From Neoechinorhynchus agilis (Eukaryota; Animalia; Acanthocephala): DNA of 64,000 nt. The DNA lies in the NCBI GenBank assembly GCA_051530055.1, contig JBMGUZ010000004.1, positions 62,001 to 126,000 on the forward strand, in the 5' to 3' direction. The notes below the pieces were generated by a model. The model had not been told where the DNA came from. It did no database searches and saw nothing but the letters and a program-made list of their open reading frames with translations. The number at the start of each line of letters is the position of its first letter. The stretch's first letter is position 1. Shown here piece after piece: positions 35,701 through 49,149 of the stretch. The translations under genes were made by a program, and so were the position numbers.

Positions 35701-36590
35701 GGTCGTCGCTGTCTGAGATAAGCGTACCTTCGCGGTTGCAGAACGCTGGTATTTCTGCCACCTTCGAACTTGCGGCTGTACTTAAAAGGCACGCCTTGCT
35801 GTCCTCCATGGATAAGTCCGTTCTATGACTGTCGATTGTATCTACACTGCTAACTGACAACGGATCTGCTGCTAATAAAGGTCCGATCGTTTCGTCCGTA
35901 GTTTCCGTAATTCCGACACTGACCGAAGGGGGCGTAGGTGCATCGCCATCTTTGGTAATTGCTAAGCTACACTGATTGCAATGTGAACGCACAGCCGGTA
36001 GATTTCGAAAAGATTTGAGGCAGTTACAGCAAAGAAACGTTATTGTCTTGGCGCCATGCGAGCTTTTTGCGTGTGCCATAATACTGTTGTACCGCCCAAT
36101 GCCTAAGAGAGACAACTGGCAGGCGGGACACCTAGCCGGCGTGTCATCTATGTTTGAGTACATTATGCTTACGGAATCCCTGCGTTCCGAGTGAGGTGAT
36201 TTTGTCGACGCTTCAGTCATTAACTGTCGATATCTGTTCGGGTATTTTTCCTTGCATCTTCTCAAATGGATACCCACACTGCGAGATTCAATGTGTTCGT
36301 AGTTATCACATAATGGGCACTGCCAGGCTGCTACGACGGTGTTATGTTGTGCTCTTAGGTGCTCTATATGTAGCTTGTTTCGCGTTCGGCCTATGAATTG
36401 ATCCTCACACAAATGGCAAGCAATATTTTGGACCTCTGTCGACAAAGTAGCATAGCAGATGTTCGCGTAAGTTGAACTGTTTGCTGTTGTGCTGCTGACT
36501 GTCTCTCAGAATTATCTGGGACAAGAGTATCGTCGGTTGTCCTCTCCGCCTCATCATCTAAAATGAGAGCGGAGTACCTATGGCCTTCTG
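32700..36590 (-). mobile_element. R2-like element B, nearly full ORF, frameshifted, 3' truncated
   Basis: ORFs 35477..36445 (Zn fingers), 35174..35407, 34473..35195, 33643..34506 (RT), 33177..33473 and 32696..32944 (KPDL, IIDFAVYYE); 5' end joins 28S at gggtaaacggtggac. Confidence 0.9.
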
Positions 36591-38815
36591 GTCCACCGTT
36601 TACCCGCGCTTAAATTAATTTCTTCACTTTAACATTCAGAGAACTGGGCAGAAATCACATTGCGTCAACACCGATTACAGCTATCGCAATGCTTTGTTTT
36701 AATTAAACAGTTGGATTCCCCTTGTCCATACCAGTTCTAGGCCAGCTGTTTAACGCTGATCGGATCCCCGCGCAAGAAGCGAGCGTACCCGTTTGGATAC
36801 GTCGAACAAACGCGGAGCATTGCTATCGCTGCCCACAGTACGCAGCACCAAGTTCCGTCCTCGAAATCGACTCTTTCGCAAGAGCAAATAACTGAGACAG
36901 ATCCAAGAGTCGACAACATACCGCTTCTCGCGACAGCCCGGCCAGCTCAGCTTGTAGAGCCAATCCTTTTTCCGAAGTTACGGATCTAATTTGCCGACTT
37001 CCCTTGCCTACGTTTCCCTATCGACTAGAGGCTACTCACCTTGGAGACCTGCTGCGGAAATCAGTACGAACAGGTACGGTCTCAATATTCTCGCACCCAG
37101 ATTTTCAAGGACAATACGAAGCGCTCGGTACATCGCAGGAATCGCGCTGCATTACGGAACGTGTACCCTATCAACAGACGATCTAATTCCAGGGATAAAG
37201 TTCCTAACAAAGAAGAGAAAACTCTTCCCCAGACTTCGTATAGTTATTCTCTGGGATTGCTCGTGTCACCACTTATGCTGAACATCATCTGCCCAAGAAG
37301 AACATCTGAATAGATCAAGCATAAACCGCATCCTGGCTCGGGAATATTAACCCGATTCCCTTTCGATTGTATTGCGCAATGCAACACGCTTAATCACGAA
37401 TTTGCACGTTTTCTTAGGATCGGCTGATCCATGTCCAAATGTTGTTCACATGGAACCTTTCTCCACTTCAGTCTTCAATGCTCTCATTTGAATACTTGCT
37501 ACTACCACCAAGATCTGCACTAGCGGCGGCTTAACTCCACCTCACGGTGCAAGTTTCAACACCACCGCATACGCCCTTCTACACGTCAAGCCATTTGTAC
37601 ATTTGTGTCTGGCATCGACGGTCAAGCATGGATATACGTCTCCAGCGCCATCCATTTTCAGGGCCAGTAAATTCGGCAGGTGAGTTTTTACACACTCCTT
37701 AGCGGATTCCTACTTCTGCGGCCACCGTCCTGCTGTCAATATCGACTGACACCTTTCATGGTATCTAATGAGAGGCACTTTTGGCACCCTAGCTCAACGT
37801 TTGGTTCATCCCACATCGCCAGTTCTGCTTACCAAAAATGGCCCACTTGGTGCCATCGCATTTACACCCGACACTCAGCAGCAGCATAAGCAACTGTGAA
37901 GAAGTGACCGAGCTTATTACCCATTTAAAGTTTGAGAATAGGTCGAGGACAATTCGTCCCCAATGCCTCTAATCATTCGCTTTACCAGATAAAACTGTCT
38001 TATGCAACACCAGCTTTCCTGGGGGAAACTTCGAAGGGAACCAGCTACTAGATGGTTCGATTAGTCTTTCGCCCCTATACCCAAATCTGACGATTGATTT
38101 GCACGTCAAAAACGCTACGGACCTCCACCAGAGTTTCCTCCGGCTTCATCCTACTCAGGCATAGTTCACCATCTTTCGGGTCTCAACATGTGCGCTCAAT
38201 TGCGAACAACAACCAACAGTACCTTGCATGTGCCATCCATCATAGGTGATGACCCGGCTAACGGCCAATAACCGCAGCTGGTTATCACAATCATTAACAA
38301 ACTCGCGTTAACTATGCTATCCAGCTTTATTGATCTGGATAACTCGCGCATTTGTTGAACTCCTTAGCCCGTGTTTCAAGACGGTTCAAATGATGCCGCC
38401 GTTTTACCCGCATTATCTTCTCGAACATCCGACTGAATCCGCAATCAACATCGACGAACAAGCCTAATGCTCAATTTTAGTTTAAAAACTCAACCTCAAC
38501 CGACCGTTGCCTGCAAAGGCAATTTGACCACCACATAGATATGTGCTCTTGCGAACTCATCCAATGTCAATTCACCAATATCGACAAAGTCAATAGGTGA
38601 AGTTCAACGCGTCTGCGGCAGAGGCAAAGTCATGCAGAGCGTCAGCCAACAAATTGCGATGTACGCTGCAGTACACATACACGAGTGTGTGTATGTACCA
38701 GCAGATAACACATCTGAATTGCCAAGACCGAACCTTATGCGTACCCATTTGCTTTTCAATGTGCAGTTCCACGTACTATTTAACTCTCTTTTCAAAGTCC
38801 TTTTCAACTTTCCCT
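36591..38815 (-). rRNA. 28S: 28S rRNA, 5'-truncated, interrupted at the R2 site
   Basis: Reverse complement runs from gggaaagttgaaaag through cccgaaagatggtg, tagatccgtaacttcgg and gtgatttctgcccag to aagcgcgggtaaacgg. Confidence 0.95.
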
Positions 38816-38829
38816 TAGCATGAACTATT

Positions 38830-39110
38830 TTTAGACCACATGCTTCTCTGCCATGCTCAGAGAGCTCTCAATTACGTCAAACCACAATGAACCCCTTTTG
38901 TCACATGCTTCTCTGTCGCGCTCAGAGAGCTATCAATTAGGTCAACAACACGAACCTTTTTGCACCGCACGCTTCTCTGCCCAGCTCATAGAGCTTTCAA
39001 TTACGTCACACCATCATGAACTCTTTTTACCACATGCTTCTCTGTCGTTCTCAGAGAGCTATCAATTAGGTCAACAACATGAACCTTTTTGCACCGCACG
39101 CTTTCGAATA
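38830..39110. repeat. ~65-bp tandem repeat (about 4.3 copies, alternating dimer)
   Basis: catgcttctctg...ctcagagagct...caattacgtca repeated about every 65 nt. Confidence 0.75.
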
Positions 39111-39119
39111 TCACAGTTG

Positions 39120-39705
39120 TAGTTTAGGACGTCGGTCAATTTCGTACATCGCAACGCGCTGATTCCGAATCTGTATCCAGATTTGCGATAGCTGTAATGG
39201 TTCTTGAGTTATTTGTTGTTCAATTTTGAGACAAACTCCCTTGATTATTGATATTAAAACGTCGATAAATTTAAGATAAAATGAACTTTTTTAGATCTAC
39301 TTTTGACGCTGAATTCACCTGCAATAACGGTTTGATGTGGCTTTTTAAATTTTTACACTTAGTTTAAGGATTGAAGTTCATAAAAGGCACCTGAATTAAA
39401 TCTGTAGTACTCGTTAGTGGTTACGAAATGATAAAACATTTTGAGCATATATAATGCGCTGATTTCAATGGTGTTTTCTAATTTTAATGAATCTTGCAAA
39501 TTTAGTGATCTTTGACTCTTGTAACTTTTGACCAAATATGATAATGCGATTTCCGATTCGAATATTGCAGCTATAGTTTAGGACGTCGGTTAATTTAGTA
39601 CATCGCAAAGCGCTGATTCCAAATCTGTATCAAGATTTGCGATATCTGTAATGGTTCTTGAGTTATTCGTTATTTAATTTTTAGACAAACTACCTTGATT
39701 ATAGA
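39120..39705. repeat. ~454-bp satellite (1.3 units)
   Basis: ctgattcc.aatctg recurs about 453 nt apart; same family at 55080-56690 (inverted) and 63160-64000. Confidence 0.8.
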
Positions 39706-41620
39706 TATTGTCAATCAATTTAAGATAGAGGAGAGGGGAAAGTACGGCGCCTTTGGGGACCCCTTTAAATATCGGTAGAGAAGAGGAGCAAGAAGTTCCA
39801 CATTGAATATATTGTTTGTAGTTAGAGAGGAAAGAGGAAATCCAAGCGAGTTGCAAAGTTGGGAGGCCAAAGCAAGCACATGATTGGAGGAGAAGGGAGT
39901 GATCTACCGGCTCGAACGCCCTGGAAATATCCAGTTGCATGAGACGGACGGTTGATGCTGGCTTGGAATCTAAGCTGCGCCCAAGCGTATCGTAGATGCA
40001 GAGGAGGGCATCAGAACAAGAGTAATTGGGACGGAAAGCGAATTGGGAAGAGGAGATGTTTTTGGGGAAGAAGTGATGTAGACGGGTTTTAAAACATTTT
40101 TCTAAGATTTTAGAGAAAGGTGAGAGGATAGAGATGGGGCGATAGGATGTGGGGGAAATCTGCTTATCGTTTTTGGGTAGGGGGACGACACGGGCTTCCT
40201 TAAGACACGATGGGAAAGATCCCAATAGAAAGCTAAGGTTCGTCATGTGCATTAGAGGATCGATAAGTTCCGGGATGATGAGGCGAACGGCCCAATTCGG
40301 GATAGTCGAATTAGGTGAAGAATGACGGGGCAGGCGTTTAACGATCTCTAGGATTTCGAGAGGGGAAACTAAGGAAGGGCATGTATGAATGGGCTGGTCA
40401 GAAAGTTAGAAGGGAGGTTGGGACAATAGATGGGAGGTTTAGGGAGGACAGAGGTTTTTATTCATGGAGTTAAGAATTGAGAGGAGATCAGATTTGGGGA
40501 GAGATGCGAAGGGGGCGGATCTACCAAGACCAGTGCCATTTTTTATTTCACGCCACCAGTTTTGATTGGGGACGGACGAGATGAGAGGAATAATTTGCGG
40601 GCTATACGGATGCGTTTTGTCAGTCTGGAGTATAGGGAGGGGTAAGCAGGATTACCTGACCGGAAAGCTTTGGTCACCTGGATTTGAAGGGTTTTTAGAA
40701 AAGGCGAGAACCATAGAGGGTCGCGGTTCGAGATTCGTATTGTTTTGCGAGGAAAGGAGATCTTCATCGTAGATTCTATTAGATTTAACAAAGAGCCCAT
40801 TGCAATCGAGGGGTCGGTGCCAAAGATGGTAGAGCAGTTCTGCGTGATAAGAGTATTGACACATGCAGCAAAGGCTTGGGTATGATGATCACGTTTATCC
40901 CAGACAACGTAGGGGTCGGAAAAGGAACGTTTTTGAGGTGATGAGGGGGAGAGAAGGATGGAACAATGGTCAGGTGAGGCGATCGGGGGAGTTCGGTAGT
41001 GCACGAGTATTGCCTGATGTTTGAGAAAATTTTATCAAGGCGGGAGGAGAAGCGTGTGGGGAAAGTAGCGAGTTGGGAGAGATGAGAGAGCGAGGGCAGG
41101 ATCGGCAGTTTGTTAAAATCGCCCAATATGATGAAGTGATCTGAGGAAGTGGAAAGTAGGTCAGTAAATAAGGGGTCTATTTGTTGAAGTGTGTTGGGGA
41201 TGTTTGAGGAAGGAGGGCGATAAAGGCCAGCGATAGAGATCTCACGTTGGCCATTGCGAAGGGGGAGATGAAGTTGGATGTGTAGCCATTCAAGATCGTC
41301 GGAGATGAAAAGGTAGGGTGAAGAGCAATGGTAAGGGAGAGAGGCGCGGATGAAGATCGATATGACTCCCCCGTTTAGGAAGTCCCTTGTGAGGTTAAAA
41401 GCTTGAAAGTTCTGAAGGAAGACAGATAATTCGCTATGGGGTGAGAGCCATGTTTCCGTAATTACAAGGATGTCGGTGTTGCAAGAAGAGGCCACTATAT
41501 AGAGCTATTCCAGTTTGGGGAGGAGGCTGTGGATGTTAGAATAAAAGATTATTGGAAAGGGATGTTTAGAAGGGACATGAGGGGTGGACACTGCCGGAGA
41601 GGGTTGAAGCTACGCAGAGA
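39705..41620 (-). mobile_element. CR1-group LINE (APE endonuclease plus RT), frameshifted
   Basis: TDILVITETWL, GLYRPP, IILGDFN, PTRFSSRLDKIF; RT YRPISILSPFSKILEK, QFAFR, GVPKGAVLSPLL. Confidence 0.85.
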
Positions 41621-41639
41621 GAGAATGGATGGGAATTGC

Positions 41640-42620
41640 GCGTCTGAACATACTGCTTCCATCCGCAATATTTCGAGAGTGGTTTTGCCGGATGAAGTCT
41701 TGGAGCTACTCAGCTATGGTCCGGATTTTATTCCCTACAATCGATCAAAGAGAATCAACTATAGAATCAAGTTAGAAAATATCGCAATGAGAGTGGAAGT
41801 AGATAATCTAGATATCCCGATAAGGAAAATCGAGTGTTTCTATGAATCTGCCTTCAAGAGGAGAGGAGTGGATTCAAATGTTTCACGAAGGATGCTAAGA
41901 GGGGTGGATATGCTCAGGTTACTCACACAGATAGTTCCATTGAAGATCGATAAAGGATATGGGTACTGTGTAGTTAGTCAGCAACAGTATATTGGTGCAA
42001 GAGAGGAAATCTTAAATGGAGCTGAATTTTCAGGATTGTCTAAATGCCCAACGTCCAGCCGTAAAAAGGTATTTAATTCCTTTCTTTTGAACCTCAAAAA
42101 AAGAGGCAGGCTTCCGGATGTGGATTATAAGATCCTTCGCTCTACCGATGCGAAAACGCCAAAAATGTACTTGCGAAGGTACATAAAGAGCCTGCCAAGT
42201 TAAGACCAATAATTGCAGCACACTCCACTTTCTGCACGAACATCTCAAGGATAATGAATAGCTGGTATGTTGAGGAGCCCAATGGGATCTTCGGACTGTA
42301 ATAATTCCTTTAACCAAAACGACGGCTTTATTTCAACAAAAATGGAGTATAGGAAATGATGCGGCGCTAGTTAACATTCGCACCCAACTACGCATCGACA
42401 CACTACTGATCTACGCATCGACACAATATTGATTATTATACCACGGAGAAGGTGTTGTCTTCGGGAGCTAACTTCGTATCAAGATTGAAATCATCGTGGA
42501 ATTCCAAGTATAGAATGATGTCGGCAGATGTGGTTTCTCTGTTGACGAAAATTCCTATCGATGAAGTAATAGAACTCGCAGTTCCAATCCTGTTTAACGA
42601 ATGCTCATGGAATATCTAGT
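41640..42620 (+). mobile_element. Penelope-like element RT remnant
   Basis: ELLSYGPDFIP, KIDKG...VV...Y, TPKMY...KVHK...LRPII, MMSADVVSLLTKIPIDEVI. Confidence 0.75.
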
Positions 42621-42624
42621 TTTG

Positions 42625-43230
42625 AGCAAATAACATACAGGACAACAGCAATCGAGCTTGGTGTTTGATATCTGCTTTATTTTTTTCGTTGTTTACATCG
42701 AAAACATGTTTAATCAATAATGCGTTCACTATTCATGAAGTCATACCAACGTCCGCCTTTTACTCGTTTCAAAAACGTCACCAGTTTTAAAAATTAGAAC
42801 ACGTGCTCACGCAATATCTTCTCATTTTGAGCAAATAGCATACAGGAAAAAAGAAATCGACTGCATTTTTTTTATTGGTTCCTAAGTTTTTTCGTTTTTA
42901 ATATCAAAAACGTGACGTCATCAGCTTAAAAATAGTACACGTGCTCGTGTAATATCTTCATATTTTAGGCAAATAACATACAGGAAAACCGAAATCGAGT
43001 GCAGTGTTTTAGTGCTGCTTGAGCTTTTTCCTTGTGTAAATGGAAAACATGTTGTTACGTCCGCCGTTCACTCGCTTAGAAGGCGTCATCAGTTTTATAA
43101 ATTCAAAGACGTACTCATGCAATATATTCAGATTTTTAGTAAATTACATACACGAAAAAAGAAATCGAATGCAGTGTTTCACTGGCGCTTCAGTTTATTC
43201 TCTTTTATTCCGAAAACATGACGTCATCGA
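42625..43230 (-). repeat. sat3 satellite, inverted
   Basis: gcacgtgctc...gcaatatcttc...gagcaaataacatacagg units. Confidence 0.8.
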
Positions 43231-43749
43231 TGCGGATCTTATGTCGAACAACAACTAACATGAGTTTAATTTTGATCGTTAAAACCAATCATCAGCCAAT
43301 AATTAACATCATCTTATGTGACGTAATTATTTCCAATATCAACAAAGCTCCACCGAGAAATCAACCATTGGTTAATTTCAACTCTAATGTCAATACATCG
43401 TAGCACAATGGCTATTTCGTCTTAATTAGGCGAGACAATTAAGCAAGCACCATATCACGGTTTACACTACCAAATATAATACTCAGCATAGCAAAAGCCA
43501 ATGCAGGCATTGGCGAAACGACGGCGGAAAGGGCAGCCATCTCATGTATAACAAGGTTTTGAACCCTGCTAAAAAAAAGGTGATACAACGTTTGCAAAAA
43601 CACAGTTTTGGTTTGAAACCGAAACACTAAACATCCCTACTTCAACCAAGAACGATATTCAACATCCGTTTACGCCATTTATATGAGTCATCCGCAGTTC
43701 CAACTGACCCGTAGGCTAGACAATTTTTCACGTAAACAAAACACCATCG

Positions 43750-46700
43750 ATTGGCATGTTTTTATTCCATTGATAATGTTTTCCAAATGCGCGTCTAAGT
43801 TAAAGCGAAGCACTAAGAGTTAGTACACGAATGCGTTTCAAAATCTCTTGTTTTCATTTGATTGATAACGTTTTCCAAATGCGCGTCTAAATTAAAGTGA
43901 AGAACTAAGAGTGAGTACACGAATGCGTTTTCAAATCTTTTGTTTTTATTTGATTGATAATGTTTCTCAAAAGCGCGTCTAAATTAAAGTGAAGCACTAA
44001 GAGTGAGTACACGAATGCGTTTTCAAATCTCTTGTTTTTATTTGATTGATAATGTTTTCCAAAAGCGCGTCTAAATTAAAGTGAAGCACTAAGAGTGAGT
44101 ACACGAATGCGTTTTCAAATCTCTTGTTTTTATTTATTGATGATGTTTTTCAAAAGCGCGTCTAAATTAAAGTGAAGCACTAAGAGTGAGTGCACGAATG
44201 CGTTTTCAAATCTCTTGTTTTTATTTGATTGATAATGTTTTTCAAAAGCGCGTCTAAATTAAAGTGAAGCACTAAGAGTGAGTACACGAATGCGTTTTAA
44301 AATCTCTTGTTTTCATTTGATTGATAATGTTTTCCAAATGCGCGTCTAAATTAAAGTGAAGAACTAAGAGTGAGTACACGAATGCGTTTTCAAATCTCTT
44401 GTTTTTTTGATTGATAATGTTTTCATAAAGCGCGTCCAAATTAAAGTGAAGCACAAAGAGTTAGTACACGAATGCGTTTTAAAATCTCGAGTTTTTAATT
44501 TATTGATAATGTTTTTCAAAAGCGCGTCTAAATTAAATTGAAGCACTAAGAGTGAGTACAGGAATGCGTTTTCAAATCTCTTGTTTTTATTTGATTGATA
44601 ATCTTTTCCAAAAGCGCGTCTAAATTAAAGCAAAGAACTGAGAGTGAGTACAAGAATGCGTTTTCAAATGTTTTGTTTTTATTTGATTGATAATGTTTTC
44701 CAAAAGCGCGTCCAAATAAAGGTGAAGCAATAAGAGTGAGTACACGAATGCGTTTTCAATTCCCTTGTTTTTATTTGATTGATAATGTTTTAAAAAAGCT
44801 CGTCTGAATTAAAGGGACGCACTAATAGTGAGTACACGAATGCGTTTCTAAATCTCTTGTTTTCATTTCATTGATAAATTTTTCCAAATGCGCGTCTAAA
44901 TTAAAGCGAAGCACTAAGAGTTAGTGCACGAAAGCGTTTTCAAATCTTTTGTTTTTATTTGATTGATAATGTTTTCCAAAAGCGCGTCTAAATTAAAGCG
45001 AAGCACTAAGAGCTAGTGCACGAAAGCGTTTTCAAATCTTTTGTTTTTATTTGATTGATAATGTTTTTCAAAGGCGCGTCTAAATTATAGCGAAGCACTA
45101 AGAGTGAGTGCACGAATGCGTTTTCAAATCTCGAGTTTTCATCTGATTTATGATGTTTTCCAAATGACCGTCTAAACTAAAGTGAAGCGCTAAAATTGTG
45201 TTCACGGATGCGTATTCAAATCTCTTCTTTTCATTTGATTGATAATGTTTTCCGAATGCGTGTCTAAATTAAATAGAAGCATTAAGAGTTAGTACACGAA
45301 TGCGTTATAAAATCTCGAGTTTTCATTTGATTGATAATGTTTTTCAAAAGCGCAACCTAATTAAAGCGAAGCACTAAGAGTGAGTACACGAATGCGTTTT
45401 CAAATCTCGAATTTTTATTTGATTCATAATGTTTTTCAAAAGCGCGTCTAAATTAAAGCGAAGCACTAAGAGTGAGTACACGAATGCTTTCTCAAATCTG
45501 TTGTTTTTATTTGATTGATATTGTTTTCCAAAAGCGCGATAAATTAAAGTGAAGAACTAAGAGTGAGTACACGAATGCGTTTCAAAATCTCTTGTTTTCA
45601 TTTGATTGATAATGTTTTCGAAATGCGCGTCTAAATTAAAGTGAAGAGCTAAGATACAGTATACGAATGCGTTTTCAAATTTCTTGTTTTTATTTGATTG
45701 ATAACGTTTTCCAAAAGCGCGTCTAAATTAAAGCGAAGAACTAAGAGTGAGTACATGAATGCGTTTTCAAATGTTTTGTTTTTATTTGATTGATGATGTT
45801 TTCCAAAAGCGCGTCCAAATTAAGGTGAAGCACTAAAAGTTAGTACGCGAATGCGTTTTCAGATCCCTTGTTTTTATTTGATTGGTAATGTTTTCGAAAA
45901 TCGCGCTAAAGTTAAAGCGAGGCACTAAGAGTGAGTACACGAATGCGTTTTCAAATCTTTTGTTTTTATTTGATTGATAATGTTTTTCATAAATCGCGTC
46001 CAAATTAAAGCGAAGCACTAAGAGTTACTACACGAATGCGTTTTAAAATCTCGAGCTTTGATTTGATTGATGATGCTTTTCAAAAGCGCATCTAAATTAA
46101 AGCGAAGCACTAAGAGTTAGTTTACGAATGCGTTTTAAAATCTCGAGTTTTTATTTTATTGATAATGTTTTTCAAAAGCGCGTCCAAATTAAAGCGAAGC
46201 ACTAAGAGTGAGTACAAGAATGCGTTTTCAAATGTTTTGTTTTTATTTGATTGATAATGTTTTTTTAAAATCGCGTCTAAATTAAAGCGAAGCACTAAGA
46301 GTGAGTACACGAATGCGTTTTCAAATCTTTTGTTTTTATATGATTTATTATGTTTTCCCAAAGCGCGTCCAAATTAAAGCGAAGCACGAAGAGTTAGTAC
46401 TCGAATGCGTTTTCAAATCTCTTGTTTTTATTGGATTGATAATTTTTTCCAAAAGCGCGTCCAAATTAAAGCGAAGCACGAAGAGTCGGCACAGGATTGC
46501 GTTTTCAAATCTCTTGTTTTTATTTCATTGATAATGCTTTCAAAAAGCGCGTCTAAATTAAGGTCAAGCTGTAAGAGTGAGTACACGAATGCGTTTTCAA
46601 ATATCTTGTTTTTATTTGATTGATAGTGTTTTCCAAATGCGCGTCTAAATTAAAGTGAAGCGATAAAATTGAGTTCACGGATGCGTATTCAAATCTCTTG

Positions 46701-47265
46701 TCTTCATTTGATTGATAATGTTTTCCGAATGCGCGTCTAAATTAAAGCGAAGCATTAAGAGTTAGTACACGAATGCGCTATAAAATCTCGAGTTTTTATT
46801 TGATTGATAATGTTTTTCAAAAGCGCGTCTAAATTAAAGCGAAGCACTAAGAGTGAGTACACGAATGCGTTTTCAAATCTCTTGTTTTTATTTGATTGAT
46901 TATGTTTTCCAAAAGCGCGTCTAAATTAAAGCGAAGCGCGAAGAGTGAGTATTCGAACGCGTTTTAAAATCTCTTATTTTTATTTGATTGATAATGTTTT
47001 CCAAGTGCGCGTCAAAATTAAGGTGAAGATCTAAAATTGAGTACACGAACGCGTTTTGAATTCTCATATTTTTATTTGATTGGTAATGTTTTCCAAATGC
47101 TCGTCTAAATTAAAGTGAAGATCTGGGAGTTAGCACAATAATGCATTTTGTAATCTCTTATTTTTATTGTATTGATATTGTTTTCCAAAAACGCGTCCAA
47201 ATTAAAGTCAAGCACTAGGAGGTTGTACACAAATGCGTTTTCAAATCTCGGTTTTTATTTGGTTG
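43750..47265 (+). repeat. 92-bp satellite array
   Basis: About 38 units; most homogeneous near 43950-44350. Confidence 0.95.
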
Positions 47266-47267
47266 AT

Positions 47268-47745
47268 ATGGCTCACAATCAGAAGATATTGCATGAGCAT
47301 GTGTTTAAATTTTTAAATTTTATGACTTTTTGCAACCAATAAATGGCGGACGAAAGTTTTACTAGCTTAATGGTAAACGCGTTATGGATTGAATGTGTTT
47401 TCGATATAAACGGCGGAAAAAATAGAGCAGCAATAAAACACCGGTGTCGATTTCTGTCTTTCTGTAGGTTATTTGCTCATAATCTGAAGATGTTGCTTAA
47501 GCACATGTTCTAATTTTGAAGTAGATAACGTCATATTTTCGATATAAACCACGAAAAAAATAAAGCAGCAATAATGCACCTAAGTCTATTTCGGTTTGCC
47601 ACTATGTTATGTTGTCAAAATCAGAATATATTGCATGAGAACGTATTCTAATTTTTAAACCGATGACTTCTTGTTTGCGATGTAAAAAACCCAAGCACCA
47701 ATAAAACACTGCAGTAGATTTCTGTTTTCCTGTATGTTATTTGTA
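47268..47745 (+). repeat. sat3 satellite
   Basis: Begins atggctcacaatcagaagatattgc exactly as at about 20632. Confidence 0.85.
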
Positions 47746-48084
47746 AAGAAACGGAGAGGATCCCAAATGGATTATAGACCGTGGAATCAAAAGCAGGAAG
47801 TACCACCCACACAACAACCACAACCAAAAATCGCCCGCAGAGCCTATATGTTTTGAAAGAGTGGACTTCATCGATGATGAAACAAATCAAATGATATATT
47901 CCATTAGAGCACCAGTTTTTTGGCCTGCCCAAAAAGGAACGGCAATAAAAGAATCATACTCGGTGGAGTTGAAATGAGGTAGTCAATTATAAAATTGAGA
48001 TATATTATGAACACTTTCCCTTTCTTGAAATAAAAAATGGAAGTTCTAAGGATGCGAACATATATCATCTCGAAAGTGTCTGCG

Positions 48085-49110
48085 AACAATAGTGTTCATG
48101 GAGGCTTTCGGGCGATTTGCTTAGAACCCAACACATCCATGATCGTGACGAATAGGAACGGACTGAGAGCTGATCCCTGATGCAACCCAACTGTAACCTC
48201 AAAACAGTTTGTCTCTCCCAGACTGCATCTGACACATGTGCGGGAGCCTTCGAACATGATCATGATTGCTCTTATGTATTCCTCGAACAGTTCTTTTTTC
48301 TGAGGCACGTCCATATTAGGTCTCTCGGCACTGTATCATAGGCTTTCTCAAGGTCCACTAATACATTGTATAGAGGCTTTTGGTTTTTCATTGTATCTCT
48401 CGTACAATTGTCTGATTAGAAAGATCAATTCTGTTGTTCTCCACCCTGGCATAAAACTTCTCTGATGTTTTCCATGCGGATATCTTCTCCCAGTCTACTC
48501 TTTAGAAGCCTTTCATATAGTTTCATTGTGTGACTCATAAGCTTTATGCCCCTATAGTTACTGCATTGTTCAATATCTCCTTTTCGTAGATCGGAAAGCT
48601 TCGGGCATTTTCCCGATTTGTGATTACTTCGATATAGATTTGTCAACACTTGGATACCAAAATGACAGAACGCTTTCCATATTTCGATCGGGATACCATC
48701 CGGTTCAACGCTTTTCCCCATTTTCATGCGTCCAAGCTCTCTCGCAACTTCATTGTAGGAGAACGGTCGCACTGCATTCGTGCTCAGGAGTTTATCGAAA
48801 TACTCTCGCCATCTTAGAAGAACCTCGTTTTCGTTTCACAACGTACTTCCCGACGAATCCTTGATCCTTTTGATACTGGAAATATCCGTTGACTTTTGTC
48901 GCGAATTTGTGCGATCTTGAAGATCTTTCCACTCCCATTGCCTTTTTCTAGTGCCTCATAGATCTCTCTATCCGCCTCTCGCTTTGCCATCGCGCATTCC
49001 CTTCTCGCTTTTTCTTTTCCTGTTTTAAATCCTAATGAGATGCAACTGTTCGAGCCTGGTCCCATATCTTCTTAGTTTCTTTTAACCCTTGGGTTCCACC
49101 ACCACTTCTC
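48085..49110 (-). mobile_element. RTE-clade LINE, RT N-terminal part
   Basis: GKSVEPDGIPIEIWK, NYRGIKLMSHTMKLYER, GLHQGSALSPFLF; overlaps the 23.7-kb copy in sequence. Confidence 0.85.
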
Positions 49111-49149
49111 TTTACCTGATGGAAGCGGTTTGCCTGATGCACATTACCA

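Noticed and set aside
36591-36610. Bacterial or organellar rRNA contamination suggested by the unusual H69
   Set aside because: Surrounding LSU sequence, expansion segments, 5.8S and ITS2 are clearly eukaryotic nuclear.
41529-41640. N-terminus of ORF 41529..42203 as part of the Penelope protein
   Set aside because: This part is the antisense of the neighbouring CR1-group element.
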